From NCBI RefSeq assembly GCF_000142905.1, contig NW_013657666.1, forward strand, positions 258,631 to 322,630: DNA of 64,000 bases, given 5' to 3'. The notes beneath the pieces are model-generated. The model made no database searches. It was not told the DNA's origin and saw only the letters and a program-made list of their open reading frames with translations. The translations under genes and the position numbers were made by a program. Of the stretch, positions 23,539-35,900 are shown in pieces; the stretch's first letter is position 1; each line of letters starts with the position of its first letter. The DNA comes from Thecamonas trahens ATCC 50062. Its lineage: Eukaryota; Protista; Apusomonadida.

Positions 23539-24666
23539 TCACACTGCGCTCCGCCCCGCAGGCCGCCCAGCCACATGAGACCCGCTCAGTCGCGCCCGCA
23601 CATTGCGCATCGCCTCGCCAAACGTCAGCACAAGGAGCGCCTGCCCGACCTCGGCCTCGGTCCACTGCCGTGACCGCTCGTACACCGTCGCGTTGAGAAC
23701 CAGTCCCTGGCCCTGGTCGTACAACAGAATCGAGATCCACGCCAGGATAAGCCCACACAGCATAACTACAAACACGCCATACACATGCACAGAGCACGTG
23801 TACCGCAACCATGCTACCGCTCCTGTTGGCGCAGCCTCGTCGAGCACAACGCCCGCGCCGGTCCACACCAACACCATGGCAACCGCAGCCTCCACACTCA
23901 CCACAAAGCCCAGAAACGGGATCAAGTTCCGCTCCCCCACGCAGTTGTTCAGCCACACACAGTGGTGGTCAAACCCGGTCACGCACACCTGGCACTTGGA
24001 GCAGTGGTGCGTCCGCGCCGGCCGATTCACCCCGCACACCGGGCACACGCTCCAACCCGGTTCCCTGCCCGCCAGCCCGCCCTGCTTGCCTTGTTCGGGC
24101 CGAATCCAGCCTGGATCCATCTGCCATGCCGCCACGTAGCACCCGATCTGGACCGCCACCATTGCCGCCACTGCCCACCCCATCCACGCCGATGGCAGCG
24201 CAGGCAGCGCCTCACCGTAGAACACGCCCAGCACAACCACCAGAATCACCGCATACGCCAGCGGAAAGCCCCATCCACTCCCTCCTTTCTCACCTCTCTT
24301 GCCATCCGCGCCTTCTATGCCATGCTCGTTGCCGCTCCCACCCCCATGCCCATGCCCATGCCCATCGCAGCACGCCCCGCCGCCGCGCATCGCCCGCAGC
24401 TCCGCGAGCGCTGCCCCGCGCCCCACCAGCGCCGCCTCCAGCCCAGGCGTCCGCCCCGCTGCGTCGCGGCTTGTCAGCGAGCAGCCTGCGTCCATGAGCA
24501 CACTTGCTGCTACCACGTGCCCACCTGCCAGTGCCGCATGCAGCAGCGTCCGTCCAGCCGTGTCGCGCAGCGTCGCCAGCGGCACGTCGCCGGCGGCCAA
24601 CGCCACCAGCGCCTCGCTCCGCCCGCTCGCCGCAGCTGCAAACGCCTCGGCCGCCACACTGCCCAT
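23539..24666 (-). CDS. Ankyrin-repeat DHHC palmitoyltransferase (Akr1/ZDHHC17-like)
   Basis: Ankyrin GRTLLHAAL and GRTP motifs; CPVCGVNRPARTHHCSKCQVCVTGFDHHCVWLNNCVG; four TM segments; NATVYE. Confidence 0.92.
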   Translation of the reverse strand: MGSVAAEAFAAAASGRSEALVALAAGDVPLATLRDTAGRTLLHAALAGGHVVAASVLMDAGCSLTSRDAAGRTPGLEAALVGRGAALAELRAMRGGGACCDGHGHGHGGGSGNEHGIEGADGKRGEKGGSGWGFPLAYAVILVVVLGVFYGEALPALPSAWMGWAVAAMVAVQIGCYVAAWQMDPGWIRPEQGKQGGLAGREPGWSVCPVCGVNRPARTHHCSKCQVCVTGFDHHCVWLNNCVGERNLIPFLGFVVSVEAAVAMVLVWTGAGVVLDEAAPTGAVAWLRYTCSVHVYGVFVVMLCGLILAWISILLYDQGQGLVLNATVYERSRQWTEAEVGQALLVLTFGEAMRNVRARLSGSHVAGRPAGRSAV

Positions 24667-24754
24667 GCCTCAAGCGTTTGTTACTATTACCCACGCCCTC
24701 CCCAGCGCTTGGCGGTGCTCTGCTTCACGTTGGCGTAGGCGTCCGAAAAAAGCG

Positions 24755-27700
24755 TCAAGCGTTGCGCAGCTTGAGCACAAGTCCCTCCACGCACAGGCCC
24801 GGGCCAAACGAGAGCGAGACAGCGAGCTGCCCATCGCCGCTCGCCCCGCTTGCCCGGCGCTCCTCGTCGAGTACGCAGATGACTGTGCCCGACGAAACGT
24901 TGCCCTGCCGCGCGAGGACCGCCCGCGACGATGCCGTGTGCTCCGCAGTGAGCCCGAGCGTCCGCTCGATGCCCTTGATGATGGCGATGCCGCCCGGGTG
25001 GAGCGGCCACCGCATCGACGCCAGCGGATACGGTCCGGCCCGGCCCGGCAGCGCCTTGGCCAGCAGCGAGTCGACAAAGTTGCCCACCGAGCCCTCAATC
25101 TGCGACGGGATGTCCGCCGAGAGCTCGACCACCATTCCGTCCGCAGACGCATTCCATGTCATCATGTCGCGCGTGCCCGGGATTGTGAACGCCTCGGTGG
25201 CGAGGATCTCGTACACCACCCGCTCTGACGCACGCACTCCTGCCGACGCCCCCACCACCGCCGCAGACGCGCCGTCGCCAAAAATTGCCGCCGCCACAAT
25301 GTTGTCCACCCGCGGATCGAGCTGCATGTGCAACGTGCACAGCTCGCAGCACACGCAGAGGATGCGGTACGACGGGTCCAGTGCCGCAATCGCCCGCGCT
25401 GTCTTGAGCGCAGAGTGCCCACCAAAGCATCCCATCATCAGCACGGACAACCTCTGCGTCGTCGGCTCGAGCCCGAGTTCCTGAATCACCTCGTACGCCA
25501 GCCCTGGATTGAGCATCCCGGTGCATGAGACTCCGATGACGTGGGTGATTTCTGAGAGCTCGCCGCCCCAGTCGGCCACCGCCGCCCGCGCCGCCCGCGC
25601 CGCAAGCTGAGGCGCGTGCGCCTTGTACAACGCCACGCGCTCCTCCACCTTGGCCGACGCCTCCTTCTCCAGGTTGTTGAAAAACGCTCGCCAGTCTGGA
25701 ATGACCGTGAACCGCCCCTCCACCGTAGAGTTGGCCACAATCCGCTTCAGCCGCGCCGCGTCCACGTCTGCCATCTCGAACAGCTCCACCACGTTCTCCA
25801 CAAACTCGTCGGCCGAAAAGTACGTCGTTGGCACCGCCCAGCCGAGGCCCATGATCGCCGACTCGCCGCAAATCTCAGCTTCAGCCTCGGCCTCAGCCTC
25901 GGCCTCGGCCTCAGCCTCAGCCTCGGCCTCAGCCTCAGCCTCGGCCTCAGCCTCAGCCTCAGCGTCAGCCTCAGCCTCGGCCTCAGCCTCAATTTCATCG
26001 CGACCGCTGTCCACAATCGGGTGTGCTGCTGAGGGCGATGTAGCCTGCGCGACCGTTGCCGCTGGCTCGGACTCCAGCTCATGCTCGTGCTCTGGCTCAT
26101 GCTCGGGCTTGTTGACCTCTATCCCCTTTTCTCCTGCCCGTCCGCCAGCGGCCGGCCGCGATCCAATGCTTGTCGCCCGCTCCCGCAGCTCCGCGAGCGT
26201 GACACCAGCAAGCTCCGCCAGGGGCGCGTCAACGCCAAACTGCTCAGACAGTACGCTCTGGAGCTCGGTCACCATTATCGAGTCGATGCCCAGCTCCTGC
26301 AGCGCCACATGCTCGTCGACTTGCGAGGCAGAGCTAAAGCCCAGAATCCGCGCAACCGCATCGCCGAGATCCTCGTCGCCGCGGCCGCTAGCAGCCTCCG
26401 ACACCACTACGTTAGGCACAAAGCATGCCGCAATCGTCGGCGCTGCACTCCGCCCCAGCACTTGCGCCACGCCCTCAAACACAGACTCGGCAGACTGCAA
26501 ACCCACGAGGAACCGCCCGGTGTCGGCCACCCCTCGAGCATGCCCACGCCGGCCACACCGCCGACCTGCATCGCAAGACCGGGCCATCCGGCTGCAACAC
26601 GCGCCGCCACAACCTCTTCCATCGCCGCATTGGCAAGCCCATACGCGCTCTGCCCGGCGTTGCCCAGCCCGGCCACCACAGATGAAAACGCAACGAAAAA
26701 GGCTGCGGTGCCTCCCACAGCCTCGCTCAGCACACGCGCTCCCTCAACCTTGGCCGCCCATGCTCCCTCGACCTGAGCTGCCCCAGTGTTGGCCAGCGCG
26801 CCATCAGCAAGCACGCCCGCAAGGTGGAACACGCCGTCGATCCCACTTGCCTCGCCCGCAATCAGCGCCTCAACCGCCTCCGCATCGGTCACGTCCACCG
26901 CCACTGCCGCCACGCTCGCTCCCAGTTCCTCAAGGCCCTGCACCGCCCGCACCTGCCACCGGCTCTGAACCCCACGTCGCGACAGCAAGACAAGCCGCCT
27001 CACCCCGCATCGCAACACCAGCCACCGCGCGAGCTCGAGGCCCACTCCGCCAAGCCCACCGGAGATCAGCACCGTGTTGGCGGTCGAGAGCACGCGCGGG
27101 AGCCCGGCAGTGACAGGCACGCCTCCGTTCGCCGCCTCGCTCACCTCCAGTAGCACCTTGCCCACATGCTTCCCACGCGCCATGTACCGAAAGGCAGCCT
27201 CGACCTCGCCGGCAGCAAACGTCGTTGCCGGCAGCGGGACCACCTCGCCGCTCGCCAGACCCTCGACCACCAGCGCGTGTACAGGCGCCCAAAGCGCCTC
27301 GTCGCTCATCACCTGGTCGAGGTCAATGCCATGGAACGCCGTGTTCCGCACAAATGCCCCGAGCCCGACTTGCGTGTCCATCATCAAGTCATACTTGCCG
27401 ATCTCCAAGAACGCGCCGTGCGGCGCTACAAGCCGCAGCGACGCAGCAAGCTTGTCGCCGGCAAGCGAGTTGAGAACCAGGTCAACTCCTCGCCCGTTCG
27501 TCGCCTCCAGCACCGCCCGCTCAAAAGCCGTCGACCGCGAGTGGAGAACGTGCTCCACAGCGAGCGCCGGGTAGCGCTCCAGCAGAAACGCCACCTTGGC
27601 GTTGTTACCCACAGAGGTAAAGACCTGCGCGCCACGCGCAAGGGCAATCCGGATAGCAGCCTGGCCCACTCCACCCGAGCCCGAGTGAATGAGCACGCTC

Positions 27701-30700
27701 TGGCCGGCTTTCAACCCCCGCGCACAACAAGCGCATAGTATGCCGTAGCATACACCACAGGCACCGTCGCCGCCTCTTCCAGACTCATCCCAGCAGGAAC
27801 CTCCCACACAAACCGCTCGTCGGTATCCACACGGCTCGCCAGCGCACGCCGCCCGAGTCCCATAACACGCCGCATGCCGCCGCCCGCAACCGTTCCGGAA
27901 AACTCAAATCCAAGCTCGCCGCCAGACAGCCCGTACCCGGCAACTTCTTTGCTCAGCTTACCCGACGCGAGCATCACATCCTTAAAGTTGAGCGCACCGT
28001 ACGCAACATCAACAGCAAGCCCCGAGGCAGGGCTGCTCTCGCTCTCTGGCGACTCAAACCACCCCAGCGATGAGAGTTGCCCGCGCGTCGCCACGTCAAC
28101 AACAGCCCGCACTCGCCCGTCGACAGCAGCCACCGGCACACAAGGCTCGGCGCTCTCGTCGAGCGGAATGTGCCGCCGCACGCATACACGGGCCTTGCTG
28201 TCGACTTCAACAACGCCGCGAGAGACACACGGCCCGCGATCAACGACCGCAAGTGCCTCCGCTGCGCTCATTTCGCTCGGCTTGACCACAAACAGCACCC
28301 GCGCCGCCCACCGCAACAGCCCAGCCTCCTTCAGCACGCAGCGTCCAAGCCCAACCCCACCGGCCTCGGCGTTGACAACAACTCGGACCACGCTCTCGCT
28401 CTCGGTACCCTCGGCCGCGCTCAGTAGCGACTCGCGCCACGACTCAAACTGGCCCAACTCCGCCAGCTCGGTACTCACGTCGACCGTAGCCGCAGGCTCG
28501 CCCACCCTCCGCGCCCATGCCCGCCACACCGTGCCATCGCTGCTAGCCAGTGCGCACAACAGACGCCAGTGCGCTAGCTCGTTCTCGCCAACACTGGCGG
28601 TTGTCAGAGCATACCCTGCGGCGCTATCGCACCCACTGAGCGCGTTCGCGTCCGAAACCCAGCAGACCGTCGTCTCGCCCGGCTCGGCCTCGGTCAACTT
28701 CGCCACCGGGCGGGCAACCACAAGGCCGTAGGTCAGCGCTGCACTCGCCACCTCGTCTCTGCTCACCTCAGGACACTCTTCATCCATCGCCACTGCCAGT
28801 ACCAGCGGGCGGCCACGCTCGCTCCCGGCATCCTGTGCCACCACGCTCAGCGCCAGCCCAAGACCGGCGGCGCTCGTGGTGCGTGAGCCTAGAGCTCCGT
28901 TGAGCGCCACTCGCACGACGCCGTCGACACGCGGTTGCTGGCCGCTCTTTCGCGGAGCGGAAGCCCAGCAAAAGCCGGCCATAGACATGCCGGGCGCGGT
29001 CGCACCACGCAAGACCTCGTCACGGGCCATCCGCCAGCCACCAGCAAGCATCGCCTCCGCCAAAGCGCTCGGGGCCACCCGCAGCTCTCGGACACGTGTT
29101 GGCACCCGCAGCTGCCGATCGCTCGACGCCAGCGCCACGAGCTGCAGCGCCGCATCCAAGCACACGGTGACGCCGCCAAAGACCGAGCCGCGCCACGGTT
29201 TGGTCATTCCGACAGTGCCGCCGCCCTCAGCCCGCGCCAGCGACACAAAGTCGCCGCTGTACTCGTAGCCCTTGAGCCGCAACTCGCGGTAGATGTCGCT
29301 CGCCTCGAGCCACTGGGACTCTTCAGCCTCGCCATTCGACACCTTTTCGCTTGCCTCATCTTCATCACTCTCGACCAGCGTCAGCACGCCCCTTGCCACA
29401 ACACCGGCCTCGGTCGCGATCTCAAACGCGCCCGACGCTTCCAGCACCGACACTCGGATCTTGACCTCGCCGCTGCTCGGCACAACTACCGGCCGGGCAA
29501 TGACAAAGTCCGAAAGCACAAAGCCCGGCACCTCGCATTGCGGACCGAGCGGAGCAGCCAGCGCCGGAACCAGTCCGTCGAGCCTCGCAGGCACAACGCT
29601 ACAGCCGCTGGCAGACCCGCGCCCGGCCCGCGCCAGCACCGCGGACCACGCCAGCGCAATGTAGCCCGAGGCTGGGAAAAGGACCCGCCCGTCGATGACA
29701 TGGCCAGCCACAAAGCCAAACGGCGAGTCGTCCGCGAGGCTGACAGTAAACTCGGGTGCGGCGCCCGGAAGCCGCTCGTTGCGGTGCCGGATGACGTGCC
29801 ACGGCTGCGCATCCCATGCCACAAGCGTCCTCAGCCGCGGCACACGCGCGTGTAGTGGCAGTCGGCGTGCAGCGTCGACCATCGCGCTGGCATCGCCACC
29901 CATCGCGCGAGGCAGTCGCTCCAGCAATGGCTGAGCATCCAACCCCGCTGCATACAGCTGTCCAACGCCAGTCAGCACCGCGCTGTCGCCACGGACGCCC
30001 TTGCGCGTGAGGCCGACAACTCGGCTCTCCCCCGCAGATGTCATGGCCTTGAGCAGCTTGACAAAGATCGACGACGGCCCGATCTCAATGACGCAGCAGC
30101 GGTCAGGAACCTGGGCTACCGCCGGCGCAAACGCCACTGGCGCCACAAAGTTGCGCACAAAGTACTCGGCGTCGGCAAACTCGCCAGCCTCTCCGCCAGA
30201 AGTAGAGATGAACGACGGCGCGAGTGCAGCCGGTGCCGAAAGCACGCTCACCAGCTTCTGCCGCAAGCTCTCGGCTGCACTCGCCACAAGTGGCGTGTGA
30301 AAGGCAACGCCCGACGAATTGACCTCGCGCACAAACACATCGTCGCTCCGCAGCAGCTCCAGGCACTGCGCCATTCCAGCGCAGGTGCCCGACAGCGTCA
30401 CCGACGTCGGTCCGTTGTGGCAGGCCAACCAGACTTGGCCGCTGAGCTCGTCGTGAGCGGCCAGAAACGCATTTGCGGCGTCCCAGGAGAGGCCGACCGC
30501 GGCCATGGCACCCGGCGCAGACAACGACGCCTCGGCCGCTGCCACGCCACGCCAGAACGCAACTTGCATCGCTTGCCTGACGTCCAAGCCCCCAGCAGCG
30601 GCAGCAGCGGCAATCTCGCCGGCCGAGTGGCCAAGCACCGCCGCCGGCGCGACCAGCCCGAGCTCCGCCAGCAGCGCAGTGAGCGCAAGCTGGCTAGCAG

Positions 30701-32719
30701 TCAGCGTGAGGTAGCCTATCACAGGATTGGCCAGTGCCTCCTCGTCCAGCGTGTCAAACAGCGCAACAAGGTCGGCCGCACCAGCCGGCACATGCACAGG
30801 CGCACTCGTCACTAGCGGCGCCACCGCTGACGAGGCCTCGGCCAGCACCGCCGCCACTGCCGGAAACGCTTGCGCAGTCCCGGCCATCATGCCTGCCCAC
30901 TGGGTGCCCATGCCGTTGAACACAAAAGCGTAGCGGGTGAGCGGCGAAGCAGGCGCCGGTGGTCGCAGCTTGACTGCGCCACCGGCGTCGCTCTCTTGCT
31001 GCGGCCATATGAGGCCAGTCCGGAACGGATACCGAGTCACTGGCGCGCTGCCAAACAGGCTGGCCAGCCGGTCGCTCAGTGCGGCCGGACGAGCGAGCTC
31101 GCCGGTGTAGCTCTGTAGGAGCTGGACGACCTCGGCTCTGAGCGCGGCAAGCCCATCCTGCGTCCGCGACGCCAGCGGATACATCATGTGGGGGGAGGCA
31201 CCGTCGATTGGTCGGCGCTGTCGTCAGCGGCTCGTGCGGGCTGCGGGGCGCGCACCAGAGCGTGTGCATTGGTGCCACCAAAGCCAAATGAGGAGATGGC
31301 AACCAGGCCGCCGCGCCATGGCGTCGGCTGGGTAACCACTCGCATGGTCCCTGAAAGTAGCGCTGGGATCTTGGGATTCGGCTGGGTGTAGTGAAGGTTA
31401 GGTGGAAGCACGCCGGCGCGGGCAGCGAGGCAGACCTTGATGATGCCGGCGAGACCAGAAACGTTCTCGCAGTGGCCCATGTTCGACTTGACCGATCCAA
31501 CGAGCAGCGGGTTCTCCGGCGAGCGGCTGAGCACGTGCTTGACAAACACTTCGTCGAGCGCGTTGGCCTCGACCGAGTCGCCGGCCTGGGTTCCGGTCCC
31601 GTGGGCCTCGACATAGACGACGTCTTCGGGCGTCGCGCCGGCGGCGGCGAGGCAAGATCGAATGAGTGCAACCTGCGCATCGCTGGATGGATAGGTGATG
31701 CCCTGCGGAGTATAGCCGTCGTTGTTGCATGCTGCAACAAGGAGGTCGAGGTAAGCGTTGCGGGCAGTGTCGGCAGCGTCAAGGACAATGGCAGCAATGC
31801 CCTCGGCGCGGACGTAGCCGTTGGCCGACGCATCAAACGTCTTGCAAGCTCCGTCGGGCGAGAGCATGTTGAGCTTGTCAAAGGCGACCGACCGGGTCGG
31901 GATGAGCTGGATGTTGACACCGCCCACAATTGCCCGCTCGCACTCGCCGGACCGCAGCGCGGCGAGCGCCATCGCCAGCGCCACCATGCCGGACGAGCAT
32001 GCCGTGTCCACCGTGAGCGACGGGCCGTGAAGGTCGTAAAAGTATGAAATGCGGTTGGAGAACATGTTGAGCAGACACCCGGTGTGCTCGTAGCCCGTGA
32101 TGGCGGTGGCATCCTCGAGCAGGTCAAAGTGCGAGTCCGAGAACGAACCTGCCACCCAGACTCCGGTTGAGCTTCCGGCCAGCTCGTCCAGCGTCCACCC
32201 AGCATCAGTCACAGCCTCATGGGTGGCGTGCAGCAGCAGCCGCAGCTGTGGGTCCATCTTGTCCGCCGCCTTGCCTGTCACCGCAAAGAACCTGGCGTCA
32301 AACTCGGCGATCGACGGCAGCTTGCCTGACCGCGCAGGCAGTGACCGCGCGTCCATTGTGTCCATGTCCTGTCCACCCGCCCGCCCACGTCATCACCACC
32401 ACCACCACCGCGACACAGAACTTGCATGAGTCTCTAACCTCTGCTCACCTCTGCTCTTCTCAGCGACTCTGTCCACGCCTTCACGCCCGACTCCATTGGG
32501 TCAGCGGGGGATGCCCCAGCCACTTCTTGGTGGCGTCAGCGAGCGACCTCGACCTTCCTCAGGGCCGGCAACAAGCCACCCGTCACCGCCGTCACGTACC
32601 CACCGGCGGTCGTCAGCGGTGACCATGTCAGTGCCAGCGACAAGGTTGGCAAAGAACGTCTCTGCATCTTCGGACTCTGGGAATCGGCATGAGAGGCCCG
32701 AGATCACGACCTTGGCCAT
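24755..32719 (-). CDS. Hybrid type I FAS/PKS - type III PKS ('Steely'-like) megasynthase, ~2,580 aa; intron 32369-32599; three probable homopolymer frameshifts
   Basis: KS DTACSS, EAHGTGT, SNMGH; AT GHSAG and AFH; [12 protein letters not shown] and LDAALQ; [12 protein letters not shown]; [11 protein letters not shown] and GQSAYGLAN; ACP LGIDSIM; (AE)n linker; type III triad MGCFGG, HPGG, GNVSS plus SFGPGL. The ORFs join by single-base changes in runs at 31190-31195, 27715-27719 and 26530-26533. Confidence 0.92.
25875..25990 (-). repeat. Hexanucleotide tandem repeat encoding the (Ala-Glu)n ACP-to-type III PKS linker
   Basis: (tcagcc/tcggcc)n on the + strand; translates as EAEAEA... Confidence 0.95.
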
Positions 32720-32933
32720 GTGACTCGGGGCGTGTCAATCGATAGTGCAGTGTCTCGACTCGGGAGTCGAGGCTGTCGCCGAGGCACAGTCGCGGCAGGC
32801 ATGGACGTCTGGCATCCATGCAGCTGCAGGTCGTCACGCGTCGTGGCGGCTGTGGTCGTTGGACGATGTATAATGTAGGCGATGTGAAATGCTCTTTCAT
32901 TTGCGTACGCTCGTGGCGGGAAGCGGCCAATGG

Positions 32934-35900
32934 CTACCGCGGAGCGTGCCATGTGGCGAGGACCGAGGCGAGGACCGCGTGTCGTTCGCTGGGCGCTACA
33001 TTTGAGGCGTCGATGAGCGAGCGGAGGTCGGCGACGAGAGCGTCGCGCGTGATCGAGGGTGTGGTGGTGAGCGATGCAGGTGGTGGCGTGATCGAGGAAG
33101 AAGAAAGGAACAAATCACAGGCAGCGTCGGCCTCTTCCTGCTCCTCGTCGTCGATGTAGCCCTCCGAGTACTCGTACGAGTACGTATACTCCCGGTTAGC
33201 AATGCCGGAAAGAACAGCAGGGCGTGTGATCGGTGTGTGGGGTGCGGAAATCGTGCGCGGCGTCGGGTCGGCGCGCTCCTTGTGTACGGTGCCGACGCCG
33301 GGGTTGACGCTGATGAGTTTGGCGTCGGGCGAGCCGGTGAGGCGGCCGCGGCGGTTGTGGAGCTCGCGGGCAATGACAAAGATGTACAGGCCCACGACAA
33401 CGGCGTTAGTGCCGATGACCAAGACCTCGAGGACGCCAGACGATGACGCGAGGTCGCGCTCGTGGATACGCGATGAGAAGACTTGCCCGGCCACAAAGGT
33501 GAAGAGGAGCTGGACAAGGGTGATGAGCTCCAGCTTGTTGAGCGTGGGAAAGATAAACGGCTCGGTGTAGATCTGGACGAGCATGGCGGCGACAATGGTG
33601 ATAAAGAAGCCCATGGGGACGGCGAGCGAGGTTGCAGGCACAATGGCGATGATGGCAATGGCCAGCCGCCGGGCCATGATGGCAAACTCGAACCAGTGGC
33701 AAGAGTCGTGATACGCGGCGTAGAACCACTGGAACCAGTGGCCGTCGACCTCGGCGATCTTGAGCGCTTTGAGCCTTTTGAGCTGAGATTTTCGGTTGCG
33801 CATGAGGACGAGGAAGACGAGCGGGACGCCGAGGCCGTACAAGACCGAAAACAGAGCGCCGATGACGACGAGACGAATCCAAGTCGCCGACGACGACGTG
33901 CACTCGATCCAAGGGGCAGCCCAGAGGTACGACTTGCCGTCGGCCGACTCACGGCACGGAAGGACCATGAGCATGCCGACCGTGATCGGCATGTACACCA
34001 GGTTGAGGACAGCAAGGCCCGAACGAATGCCACCGTACCGCCAGTGCTTTTCCGGCTTGCCAAACAGGCCGTTGAGCGAGACCTTGGTCAGGATGGCCAA
34101 AAGGCAGTAGGCAACCAAGCAGAAGATGACCAGGACCGGGACGGCGAGCGTCGACGCCACAAACGCCGTTTCCCACGAATTGTTTGAGCTTCCGAGGCAG
34201 GTCAGGATGTTGGCCGAGGCCGAAGTCCAGCCAAAGACACCCGAGAAGAATGTGGTGACCGAGGCCGGCCACACAAAGGCCGACGAGCGAGCAAAGAGCA
34301 GCGACGAGGTCTGCATAAAGATGAACATCGACTTGACGAGCGGCGCGAGGACGACTGACCGTACACCGGTCTGATTGAGGGCGTACCACACGCAGAACGC
34401 GATCGAGTACGCAATGGCCAGGATCGTCGGTAGGATGCGCGGGCAGCGGCGACAGCGGCGGCCCTGCGGGTAGTGGCCGCGAGCACATCGCGAACATAGC
34501 CGGTCCTCGTAGCCCTCGCTACAGGTGAACGGATAGCCAGCGCTCGGGTTGCATGCCGTCTCATCGACGCCGATCGGGTAGCATGGGTCAATGAGAGGCG
34601 CGCCCGAGGCGGCAGTAGAGGCCACAAAATACCCGGGATTGATGGTAAGATTGGCAGGGTAGACAAGCGCAGTGCCAGCGCCATCGACGTCGAGCAGGAC
34701 CCGGCCGCCGTGGCAGGTCACTGCAGGCGCAAGATGGGCACACGGGAGGCACACGCCGCTCGAGCCGTGGTAGTTGGGTAGACACTCGCAGAGCGAGGCC
34801 GAGTAGTAGCCCTCGTCGAGATAAAGAGTGAGCCTTCGAGTCACAGGATCGGTGAGCGACGGGCACTTGTATGGAATGGCCGGGTTCGGCTGAATGAGCG
34901 GATAAACGGCAATGGTGTTGTCCGGGAGCGAGAGACGGTCGGGCTCGCCAAGGCCGGCGTTGCCACGCAAGTCGAGGATGGAGACGCCGTCGTCGGTGAT
35001 GCGTGAGGCCGAGCCGGTGAGATTGTTGTTGGAGAGATCGACCTCGGAGATGTGCGGGAGGAGCGAGAAGACCGTGGGGATGAGCCCAGTAATGTCGTTG
35101 TCGTTGAGGAAGAGGCGAACCATGCCCTGAAGAAAGTGGTCATTGACGACATAGAAGAGCGAGTCTTGCAGGATGCCAGACAAGGCGTTGTGGGAAAAGT
35201 CGACGGTGGCCAACGTGGTGCCGTGCTTGAGCACGTCCAGATACGCCGAGACCGGGCCGGCCAGCGCGTTGTGAGAAAAGTCGACCGATTCAAGCGTGTC
35301 GTTGAGCTTTGCCCATGAGCTGGGAAGCAGGCCGCCGGAGAACTGGTTGTGCGAGGCCTTGAGTGTGACGAGGCCGTGGACGCGCTCGGCCGACGGGATG
35401 TCGCCAGTAAAGGCGTTGAACGCCATATTGAGCTCCTTAACATAGACATCGCAGGTGGTAGGAAAGGCAGAGATTGCATTCGACGAGACATCGACGGTCT
35501 GCAGCTGCGGCTTGTCGCACAACACATCGAGGCCGCCGGCCAAGCGGTTCTCCTCCAGCTTGAGCTTTGCGAGCAAAGGGAAGCCTGGGGGAATGGTGCC
35601 TTCGAGGTGATTCTTGCCAAGCTCGAGCTGGTACATGGCCGCCATGTCAGTGCCCCACGACGGAGGAATGGTTCCGGTCAGGTTATTGGCGAAGAGCTTG
35701 AGGACAGAGAGACCGGGCAGCTTGCCGAGCTCGGGCGGGAGGGTTCCAGAGAGGCCCGGGTTATTGTAGATCAGCAACTGGTACATGGAGGTCATGTCAC
35801 CAAGTTCAGGCGGAAGCGTGCCAGTGATGTCGGTAAAAGTGATGACAAAGAGCCAGAGCGCCTTGAGCTGCCCCAGCTCGGGCGGAATGGTGCCGGAGAG

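Noticed and set aside
24755-32719. Bacterial contamination as the source of the PKS
   Set aside because: It carries a host-type GTACGT...CAG intron and is contiguous with eukaryote-specific genes without gaps.
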